DNA of 64,000 nucleotides from Phoronis australis (Eukaryota; Animalia; Phoronida). The stretch is from contig NMRA01000079.1 in NCBI GenBank assembly GCA_002633005.1, positions 305,798 to 369,797 on the forward strand, written 5' to 3'. Under the pieces are notes generated by a model. That model did no database searches. It worked only from the letters and a program-made list of their open reading frames with translations, and was not told the DNA's origin. Both the position numbers and the translations under genes were made by a program. Below are positions 1 through 9,981 of this stretch, one piece after another (within the stretch, counting starts at the first letter, position 1; each line of letters starts with the position of its first letter).

Positions 1-710
1 AGTTGATAAGCGAAGTTACGCACAGACAACAATAGTATGGATAAAATCGGCAGGCTTACAGGTATTGTGTAATATTGCGTAAGACTGATCTCATCAACTG
101 AAAGCATGGTTACTATATTTAAGTTTTATTTCTTTGTTTGTAATTTTTTTCAGCTTACAACTTACTCTAAATTCATTTTGGAACTTTGACGCTTGTCAGA
201 AAAAGGTGAAATTTTGTTCTTTTTTTCTGAAAAGACATTTTCCCCCGAACGAAAACACTGATCGCATATGTGTATTCATTTGAAAGTATCATTTTTTAAA
301 TTTTTGATCAAATGTTTCACACATAGGCGTAGCCATTTATTTCTTAGAAAAAATCAATTTTCAGTGTCTGAAATAGGAAATCGTTTTGTGTATGAAGAGC
401 GCATTTTTAACGCTTATTTCAATGGGTAAATACAAACAATGGCATAACTGCCCAAAAAATCAAATTAACAATATATCTAGTCAAAATAAACAATCAGGTG
501 CAGAAATCAGATTGCGTTTGTTGGATTTCTAGCACTTTGCAGTGATCAAAATTACAAGACAAATTTAGTTTTGGTTGATACATCGCTTAGTTGGCATGGC
601 CTCATTCCAAATTATACTCAAGAAATGTTATATTCAGCTAGCCTATTGGTTGCTGCAGTTGCTTAATAATTGTGAGAAGGTTGTTTTAAACTTGGTAATT
701 GTATCTGCAG

Positions 711-2569
711 GCTGATATACAGAAAATTTTACGGCATGCCCGGAAGCTACCTGAAAAATTGGCCAACTTCTATAAGGTAACTGTTATACACAAGCTCCTG
801 TTAAATATGCAGGTGACATATGTCAGAGTATTTCCATGTTTCTCTGTTGGTCGAGTGTCTTTGCAAGATAAACTGCCTGGAAATTATAATTTATCATTAA
901 AAGTTCGTTATGTCAGATATTCCATGCAAGTTCTAAAGGTGAAAGTGGTTTGGGTCTACGATAGAGGCTGTCACGACGTGACTTTAATTAGAAAATTTAA
1001 TAGAAACATTAAGTTTAAAAGAAATAATATTTAATGAAGCTTCAACATTCAAAAACGAACATTTAAGTTTCGTCACTGGGTAGACCACTCTCCACGTGGC
1101 ACCCCAAACTAATATTATCAAGTCAAGAATCCTTATGTCACGCAGTCCATGCACAGTCTTTTGTGGTGAGCATCCGACCCCATCATCTTTGTCCGCTGAA
1201 TGTCCCAAATCTACTGTAGACACAAACGTTCCACTTTCTGTGAACAGCTTCTAGCACATCTACACTGTGTCACGGATGGCTCTCGACAGCCACACCCAGG
1301 TCGAACATTTGGATGCACCCGGCCAACACAGCAGTTCAATTGCATATAAATGTCCCGGCAACAATCGCTAAACACTGATGCCGGCGACGTAACAGACTAT
1401 GTTCACAATTATCCATTCTTTACAGCAGCTCAATGTGTAGTCGGGTATAACGTGCCCACATTTTGAGAACCAGTTTCCCCACTGAATAACGGGCACCAAA
1501 CTGGTTCTCATAATGTGGGCACATTACATTTGACTATCGTCCAGTTTTTGATCATAGTGTGCATGATTGGCCAGAAACGATTTTTATACTGTTGGTTTCT
1601 GAAGTTTGGGTCAATTAACGCATGTTTGATTATTAAGTATAGACTGGCTTCAGGCCTGGGATCGAATGTTTCTATTTAAAATTAAACTCGAAAATATATT
1701 GCTCATTTTCTGTTTTATTTCAGGAAGAACTCAAGATTATTAACTTTAATTCTGCACTTTGGGCACATTACGAATTATGGAAACCATAATAGTCTCAGTT
1801 CACTCTTGATGACTGCTGGATTCGGGCTACAAACTTTAGTAAAAACTCAAAATTTTGAGAAAAAGCTTGAGATTTCCAGTTCAGACTCAAACTCGTACCT
1901 TTACTGCTGGGGTCATCAAGTGCAAAATGGGATTACACAGTTATCCACATAAACCCCAATATACTCGAGTACAGAATGATAGACACTTATCTTGGGTTCG
2001 TACCAAAGTAGAAAGGAAAATGTTAAAAGTAGTTTCGATTTTGTGTAAAAAGATTAGATCCCTGCCCGTGGAGTACATCAACAATTGACCTATCGCAAGG
2101 TGCGCTCCCTTGAGAAATGTCGACAAACAAACAATACATTTTACACGGCAACAACTTGTTTGTTGGGTAAAATGGCGACTTGGAAATGAAGGTGTGTCAA
2201 GAATGCTCGCTGTGATTGGTCAGTTAAACTGTCACTCAAACTCCTGGCGATAGGTCAATTAATAAACACCCAAGCTTCTACTGGAAACTTCACTGTTAGA
2301 TCGTGTGCAATACAATGTCATTCAAAGGTGTCATTTCTTTTGTTCAGGAGCTGAACCGTGTCAGAAAAGCTGCCCTCTCTCTGGGTTTCACAGAACTGTT
2401 GGAATCTGTGTCAGCCATGTTGGAGCGCGAGTGTCGTCTGCTTCCTGGCACAGCTCATCCTGAAGCCGCGCTGCAGTTGTCTCACGCAGCTTCGTGTTTA
2501 AAGATGGAAAGTGCTAAAGACTTTTCTCACACAGTTAAACCTTTACCGACAAACTTCACCGGAGAATGA
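711..2569 (+). CDS. INTS14: Integrator complex subunit 14 (VWA9), last two coding exons (711-776, 2348-2569); 5' part lies outside the window
   Basis: AG/GT-bounded phase-0 exons splice to ADIQKILRHARKLPEKLANFYK|ELNRVRKAALSLGFTELLESVSAMLERECRLLPGTAHPEAALQLSHAA...*, matching the recalled human INTS14 C-terminus (DVQKILRNARKLPEKTQTFYKELNRLRKAALAFGF...LERECTLLPETAHPDAAFQLTHAA). Confidence 0.93.
1438..1536. repeat. Inverted repeat / hairpin in INTS14 intron
   Basis: gtgcccacattttgagaaccagttt pairs with aaactggttctcataatgtgggcac (1 mismatch in 25); arms extend imperfectly to about 38 bp around a ~22 nt spacer. Confidence 0.8.
1650..2068 (-). mobile_element. Diverged inverted copy of the MITE family at 15796-16196
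   Basis: actcgagtacagaatgatagacacttatcttgggttc (~1963-1999) is a close reverse complement of gaactcaagataagtgtctattactctatgctcgagt (~15870-15907); boundaries approximate. Confidence 0.55.
2083..2260. mobile_element. Short non-autonomous TIR element (MITE)
   Basis: Terminal inverted repeats aattgacctatcgc ... gcgataggtcaatt; AATT at both ends may be a TSD. Confidence 0.65.
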
Positions 2570-2610
2570 TTATTTAATTTTGTAAAATACTATGTTTTAT
2601 TATTTTTGTA

Positions 2611-2616
2611 AATAAA
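2611..2616 (+). terminator. Probable polyadenylation signal of INTS14
   Basis: AATAAA about 40 nt after the TGA in AT-rich sequence. Confidence 0.5.
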
Positions 2617-3155
2617 TGAATAATGACATTCAGTGATCTCTAGCTGGTACTAATGTATTGACAAGGGAACAAAACGGGTGCTTGTCAGGGTTAGATGGTC
2701 TGCATTGAAGAGTTGGTCACGACCCCTTGCACCCCGTCACTGTCTTCACCAGTACTAATTGGTTACTTAGTTTGTGCCAAGGAAGCCTTTCTATGCTATT
2801 TTCAGCATCATGCCAGAAACTGAAGGCTATCCTACTGGCGTTGGGATGTGTAATTTTTATGAGGTAAATAGGGCGTTTGATTAAGATAAATCAGCTGCTT
2901 AAAACGAAAGTTCACAAAGATTATATGTACTCAAATTATCAGCCATCTTACGAGTAATTAGCATATCATTAACATTCAAAACATTTAATAACGTGGCCAA
3001 CCACAACTGAAGCTGTGGGAAAGTCGCCCTTACTGTAGGAATTCAGGAGCTGCCACGGTGACTTTAATGGCGAGAAGGCACTCATTTGACCATTCATTTT
3101 TGGGATTTTTTTCATACACCAGACTAGATATCCAATCTGCCTTTGAATCGCTCAA

Positions 3156-3224
3156 TTTCTGGGATGTTACCACTGTATTTCTGGGATGTTCCCACTGTAT
3201 TTCTGGGATGTTCCCGCTGTATTT
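3156..3224. repeat. Tandem repeat, 22 bp x 3
   Basis: tttctgggatgttaccactgta / tttctgggatgttcccactgta / tttctgggatgttcccgctgta. Confidence 0.9.
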
Positions 3225-3806
3225 TTGTGTGCACAAGGGAGAAGAACAATAGACAAGTATGAATAGCATTTTACCCCCAAAGTTGAACCATTTCATGCGG
3301 AGACGTCTAGTGTTACATTTTGACATTGGGAAAGTTTGGTCACTATTTATTTGGGTTAATTTCAATTCGAGGAAGTAAAAGAGACGATTTTGCTTTTAAG
3401 GAAGTTCTTGTTTTCGACACCAAACCATGGTTGATATCTGCTTCAAATGAACAACCGGGTGTTTTTCTATTGAACTTCGTTTTTGAGCTTGCTCATCTGT
3501 TGCTTTTCATGCATCTCATGTGCGAAGGAGTGCAAGAAGTTTTTCTTGCACAGGCGTAGACAGCACACTCCCTGTTTTGAATATGATCAGGTGTCCACAC
3601 AGGATTGGATAAAATTAGCCTACACAGGATGCGATTCGGTTTTAATCCGTCGCTTTCGGTCAAGTTTGTCGGCTGCAGGTCAGTCAAGTTACTGAATGTG
3701 CAGTCCCACGCCGTGACTTTCGATCTGGATCAGTGTTAATAAAACTTCCCCAGCGGATCGCGCCGTCCAGCGGGACCACCGTAATGAAATCACATTCCTC
3801 CAAGAG

Positions 3807-4370
3807 TTTCTGTTTGAACAGGCCTGTTTAATAGATTTATTTGACAATTTATTTTTCCTTAACTTTCCAATACTTATACGTATAACAATTAATGGAAACA
3901 AGTAATTGTCATTGACAATATTTCAGATTTTTCTTTTGTTTTACTATTTGCAAAATTATTTTGAAAGAAATGTTGTTTTCTGTTGCATATGGGTCAATTA
4001 CAGCGCCACTTATTAGTAGTCAAATACTCCTTCTGTCGACCAATCGCTTTGTTTCTCGGACAAATAAAAGTAAACGTATTCCGTGGAAACACAGCTTAGC
4101 TTTTTCGGACGAGACATTTCACGCGTTTAGAGTCCTAAAGTTTCGTTGTACGGTGGAAACTCCAGATTCTGCCATTTCACAATAGAATTAGAGTAGCTTT
4201 TTCAAGTTTTCGACTTGGAATGAGCAGGTTTTTCATGACCCATGAGTAACACTTATTAATTACGGGTGCAAGCAAGAATTTTACTGTGTTTTATGCACTA
4301 TTATCCAAAAAAGGGCAGACAATTCGACTAACGTGCCCCATAGGTTCTAAACATTGGCCCATAAATTTGA
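3807..4370 (-). promoter_or_regulatory. Orphan copy of the U1 upstream region (PSE-like plus distal elements) without a U1 coding sequence
   Basis: Aligns by eye to 6803-7340 (ttctgtttgaacagg...tactatttgcaa...gggtcaattacagcgccac...ggaaactccagattctgccattt); sequence left of 3806 is not U1. Confidence 0.8.
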
Positions 4371-4599
4371 GGAATTGTGAGGCAATTAATGTGCTTATTC
4401 ATAAAATTTTCTGGTACGTGTATAAAAACTGGTTCCCATTCTCAAAAATGGAAGCAAAAAACAGACTATGCGCTATAAAAAGGTGATTGTAAAGTATACT
4501 CGGATAAAACGCGAGTTCTCATCCGGCTACCGTGCCTTCCTCGCTTAGTAACGTCTAAATCAGTACATCTTTTTCGAGTTTCATTACTTTAGTAGTTTT

Positions 4600-4765
4600 C
4601 AGGGGATAGCGCGAACGCAGTCCCCCACTAACACAAATTATGCATCCGAGTAACCCACATTTGGGGTTATCGCAGGCGTCAGCCCGATCGAAGTGCAATG
4701 AAAGGGCCTCTTCCTGGAGGTTCCGCCTTACTGATCACGGAAATACCTCTATGCCAGGTAAGTAT
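4600..4765 (-). ncRNA. RNU1: U1 spliceosomal snRNA (copy 1)
   Basis: Reverse complement begins ATACTTACCTGG; loop I GATCAGTAAG, loop II ATTGCAC, Sm site AATTTGTG, 3' stem GGGGGACTGCG-TTCG-CGCTATCCCCTG. Confidence 0.97.
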
Positions 4766-4805
4766 GATTAAGTGGACGTCAAATTTTTTCATGTAACAAA
4801 AAAAC

Positions 4806-4826
4806 TTTCTGTTTGAACAGGTGTTT
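4806..4826 (-). promoter_or_regulatory. PSE-like element of U1 (AAACACCTGTTCAAACAGAA)
   Basis: The GTTTGAAC core lies 46 nt from U1 +1 in all six copies (4811, 6808, 8906 diverged, 24291, 26262, 28214) while the intervening spacer diverges. Confidence 0.75.
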
Positions 4827-6596
4827 ATATTTATTTGACAAGAACTTTATTTTTGTTCCTTACTTTTGTAATACTTGTACCTGTAAAAATAAAACAAATA
4901 ATTTTACGTTAACAACATTCCAGACTTTTCTTTTGTTTTACTATTTGCAAGATTATTTTGAAAGAAATGTTGTTTTCTGTTGCATATGGGTCAATTACAG
5001 CGCCACCTATGAAGTCAAATACTCCTGTTGACCATGGCAATCACTTTGTTCCTCAGACAAATAAAAACAGACGTTTTCCGTGGAAACTCAGCTTACCTTT
5101 TTCGCAGGATACATTCACGCGTTTAGAGGCCTAAAATTTCATCTTGGAAACTCCAGATTCTGCCATTTAACAATAGAATTACAGTCGCGTTTTACTTCGA
5201 ATGAGCAGTTTTTGCTGACCCTTGAGTAACACAGTATTATAGACCGGCGGAATGTTATTAATTATGGCTGCCAGCCAGAATTTTACTAGGCATTATGCAC
5301 TGTTTTCAAAAACGATATTAGGCAATGTTTATAAAATTTCCACCTTTACATGAGGGGGCTATCAAAAATAGGACCGTATAATTTTACTGATAATTTCTAG
5401 AAAACGAAAACGAAATAATTCATGACACTGAACCAGCTTTTTTGAGGTTTTGTCTTGAACATTTATATCATACGATATTTGCTGATGTTATTGGTCTTGT
5501 TGTTTTGCTATGAATACACCTTTCTTTTTTACTTATTTTTACTAAAAGCATGGTCGCGTGACCTACTTAATGGCAGATGGGTACAAATCAAAATCGAATT
5601 CTGCGGAATTTCTATTTTTAGAAAATGTAAACTTTTGCTTAATTAAATTCTTTAGTTTGTAGATAATTGGCTAAATACATAGACTTGTCGAGTAGGTCCC
5701 ACATAACCCAAACGAGATCGACGTCAACCCGTCATGAGGTGCTTCAAGTCAATGTCAAAAGACACTCCAATGCCTTTGAGTAGCGTAGACCATTGGTCAA
5801 GACAAGGAATATATTATGAGCGCCATCCCGCATCATTAGCGCGTGAAATGTTTCGTTGACGCACCATGATAGCCGGGCCAACGTGCATTAAAACTGATAT
5901 AATTTTGCCTAATTTTGTTTTGAATTACATGCATCGCATTCAGAATCTTACACAACTACAAAGCAGATGAGCTGATAAAAACAACAATTTGAGCTTCAGG
6001 TGGTCTGCCATATTGCGAAAATACAGATCGTGAACTGTAGATTTATGTATTTGTTTAAACCGAAATGCCATCAAGACCAATTACTAATCGCGTAACCTAC
6101 TGAGACAGCAGACGAATTCACGCATATTTAAAAGCTTCCACCAAAAATCGAACCCAAGAAGGGCAGACATTCGACTAAGGTGTCCCATACGTCCTAAAAA
6201 TTGGCCCATAGATTTGAATCCCTGTGAATCAATTCACTCATACTCACGTTTTTCTAAGTTGACCCCTGCAACGAAAACTTCGTGACAAGTTTTTGAAAAT
6301 TAACTCTCGAATTTTTATTTTGGAGCGTGATTCGAAAGTGAAATGCACCTTTAACATTGTGGAACAGTAAACCATGCATTCTATAATTTTCGTATCCTTG
6401 TTTGGGTTTTCTCTTGAACCTGACTATTGTAAGATCAAAAATCGTACGACAGCCATCAAATTGTCTGATGCTCATATAAAAATCGTTAAATTTCTCAAAA
6501 CAATAGGAGCGAGTCTCCACCCAGCTGCCTTCCTTTAATCAATGCTAAATGATCAATGCGATTCTTCACTATCCAGTTCATTACTTTTGTAGTTTT

Positions 6597-6762
6597 CAGG
6601 GGTTAGCGCGAACGCAGACCCCCACTAACACAAATTGTGCATCCGAGTAACCCACATTTGGGGTTATCGCAGGCGTCAGCCCAATCGACGTGCAATGAAA
6701 GGGCCTCTTCCTGGAGGTTCCGCCTCACTGATCACGGAAAAACCTCTATGCCAGGTAAGTAT
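6597..6762 (-). ncRNA. RNU1: U1 spliceosomal snRNA (copy 2)
   Basis: Same U1 hallmarks; loop I GATCAGTGAG, ATTGCACGTCG, compensatory A-T to T-A change in the 3' stem. Confidence 0.97.
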
Positions 6763-8399
6763 GCTTAAGTGGTCGTTAAATTTTTATATATAAAAAGAAA
6801 TTTTTCTGTTTGAACAGGTGTTTATTAGATTTATTTGACAATCAGTTTATTTTTTCCTTAACTTTCTAATATTTATACGTATAACAATGAAAGCACGTAA
6901 TAGTCATTGACAATATTTCAAATTTTTCTTTTGTTTTACTATTTGCAAAGTTATTTTGAAAGAAATGTTGTTTTCTGTTGCATATGGGTCAATTACAGCG
7001 CCACCTATTAGTGGTCAAATTACTCCTCAGTTCTATCGACCAATCGCTTTGTTCCTCGGACAAATAAAAGTAAACGTCTTCTGTGGAAACTCAGCTTAGC
7101 TTTTTCGGAGGAGACATTTCACGCGTTTAGAGTCCTAAAGTTTCATCGTGGAAACTCCAGATTCTGCCATTTCACAATAGAATTAGAGTCGCTTTTTCAA
7201 GTTTTCACTTCGGAATGAGCAGGTTTTTGCTGACCCATGAGTATCATTGTTATTAATCATGGGTGCATGCACTGTTCTGCAAAAAAAGGCTGACAATTCT
7301 ACTAACGTGAACCATATAGGCCCTAAACATTGGCCCATATGAGCCCTTGAGCGCCAGTTAATGTGCTCATTCCAACGTTTCTCTAAGACATTTGGCCAAA
7401 ATAAAGCTTGGTAGCACCATGGTAGCACTGCGTTATTGAGCTCCGTTACATCCCCGAAATTTCCCACAGCCCGGGTACAGTTCTGCTCGTCACCGGCGTG
7501 AAACTTATATCAACATGTAGAGCTAGCGAGCGGAGCAGGCGCATGCAAAATCTAGAAGTCAACAACACTCACCTAGCAGGTTGCAGCCGCTTGAGTGAAA
7601 AACAATCTAATGAACGTCTTTGTTTGCCTAATGTAACAAAAAGTTTGTCGCGCTCGTGACATGAGCACGCAACACCATATCCCGGAAATTTTGCGACATC
7701 TTTCGGAAGATGATGACTCAACTTCGCAACAGCACGATTTGTTCTGAAAATCGATTTGCTGGTATGAAAATACTAAAAACTTATGACGAAATGAAACCAG
7801 TTCCGATAATTTGTTGTGCCATATACGCAACCTCTAAGAAGAGAAGAAGCCGAGCTGACTGAACGGTGAAAAAATTAAGGAACTGGTCAATGTAAGCCGA
7901 CCTAAAAGAACGCATCTCAATTTTAGCAGCAGAATAACTACAGAACGACAATTTTTCCCGGCGAGCGCCGATAAATAATTTAGTTTACTCAAGGAAGAGT
8001 GTCGTTAACAACACTAATTCGGTGAAGATTTTATATGTTCAGTGTTTTACCCACATCGGCGCCAAGCGGTATATTTTAGTATACTGCTTTGCCGCACAAA
8101 GGCTAGTTATGATGCTTCAACCCGAGAACCAAAACGCCCGCTTTTTTCTTGACTGAAACGTCAAATTGGAGAAAACGATTTTCATTTTGTTCTAAAACTT
8201 ACGCAGTGGATAAAGTTATAATTATTTAGCTCAAAAGCATGCAACGTGGTTGGTTTGTGGTTAAAACTCAAAGCGAAGTGTCCTGTAGCGCACAAAAGAT
8301 TTCGTTGGATTAATCGGCACCAGACCTGCCTATGCATACGTATATAGCTCCATTGTATGATCTGTGTAGGCCTATCGGTAATAAATCTTAACTTGTTTG

Positions 8400-8590
8400 T
8401 CACTGCGGTTTCAATCCCCGGCGGTCATGTTCAGTCCCCGGCGGTCCTGTTTTCTGGTGGGGCGGTCATGTTTTTAGGTGCGTCAGTCTTATTTTCTGGT
8501 GCGACGTTCCCATTTGATCCCCGGAGGTCCTGTTTTGGGTGAGTCGGTCCGATTTAAGAGGACCGGCGGTCATGTGTTTCTCACCCGTGA
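8400..8590. repeat. GC-rich degenerate short direct repeats (ccggcggtc motif), possibly transposon subterminal repeats
   Basis: ccccggcggtcatg, ccccggcggtcctg, gggcggtcatg, cccggaggtcctg, accggcggtcatg within 190 bp; part of ~1.2 kb (about 7390-8600) that replaces the usual U1 spacer. Confidence 0.5.
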
Positions 8591-8695
8591 CCTAGATAAA
8601 ACGTGAGATCTCGTCCGGTTACTGTACCTTCCTTGATTTGTAAAGCCTGGCTGATCAATGCATTCTTGTTAAGGTTTCATTACTTTAGTAGTTTT

Positions 8696-8860
8696 CAGGG
8701 GATAGCGCGAACGCAGTCCCCCACTAACACAAATTATGCATCCGAGTAACCCACATTTGGGGTTATCGCAGGCGTCAGCCCAAACGAAGTGCAATGAAAG
8801 GGCCTCTTCCTGGAGGTTCCGCCTCACTGATCACGGAAAACCTCTATGCCAGGTAAGTAT
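8696..8860 (-). ncRNA. RNU1: U1 spliceosomal snRNA (copy 3)
   Basis: Same U1 hallmarks; upstream flank is the most diverged of the six. Confidence 0.97.
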
Positions 8861-9981
8861 GATCTGTAGAAATTCACAATAATATACATACTTATTCTAT
8901 CATCTTTCTGAACTGGTTTGTTAGTATAATTGACAAGTCTCATTTGTCTCGGTTTTTTATGTGCTAAAAGTGCACAAAACAATAAACAACGCATTTTTCT
9001 ATATTAGCTTTTTTTCCAGTTTTGTTCTTTTTCATTATTTACATCGTTATATTGAATGAAATGTTGATTTATTGTACATATAGGTCAGTTACAGCGTCAC
9101 CTGTTGGTAGATTCGTTATTTCTTTTGTCGATTGGTCCGGTCCTGAGATCAGTGAAAAATAGATGTATTGCATATTTCAGTGGATATGCGAGGGCATTTT
9201 AACATTCTTAAGGTCTTATTGCCGTGTTGCCTTTTAGTTAACTTATTAACAACATGCTTGTTTGTTCGTCTCCCGAGGCGAGTTGGGGAAGGGTGAGAAA
9301 GACCAGATAAATGAGTTAGAGTTGACCCGCTAAATTAGGTCGTAACAATTTTCTGGTTTAAAAGTCATACCCAGACAATTCGTCAAGTATTTAATATGAG
9401 ATCAGCTTAGCCGCCTGGCGGCCGGGATTCGATCCGTCCAGGCTCACTCGCGCGAAACGACGCCATTTCAGTCACCGCTGTATCTACGACCTTTTTTCCA
9501 TGATGATAGAGCCAATTAGTGTCGGTGATTGCATCAGATTATAATTTAAAGCAGCATTTCTTATAGGCCCGTTATCTTATTTAGGCTCTCAGCCCCGTGT
9601 CCGTATTGATGATATGCCCTGGCTGGCAGCTATTAACAAGCCGGGATAAACGTGTTATCATGCTAACAAATAGTTACATGTGAAACTCGGACCGTGACAA
9701 CCTCAGATCTGATTGGTTGAAATGGCTTCAGTGTCATGACGTAGTGGTTATATACAGTGGTCAGTGTAACCACTGATTTCAGTTAATTGAAGAATGGGAT
9801 TGGCTAGTTACTTAAGGAGGACCGATACGGTGCCTGTGTGGAAAGTTGATTCTTATAGAGACGTCAGCGGCTTCAAATTAGTGACACTTATGAAGCACTT
9901 AGTGACCCTGTCTGTGACAGGTAACTTGATGTGATGAACTACAACCTCCTCACGTGCTTGGTTATGACATAAACTAGTTTC

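Noticed and set aside
1090-1400. Cys-rich minus-strand translation (CGCREPSVTQCRCARSC) in INTS14 intron
   Set aside because: Short and interrupted, with no splice support; at most a transposon relic.
3748-3790. Plus-strand GTAATGAAA after a weak GC hairpin, resembling an snRNA 3' end
   Set aside because: No plus-strand PSE or Sm site and a poor stem; likely chance.
4755-4765. Perfect plus-strand donor CAGGTAAGTAT (also at the other five U1 copies)
   Set aside because: It is the antisense of the U1 5' end, not evidence of exons.
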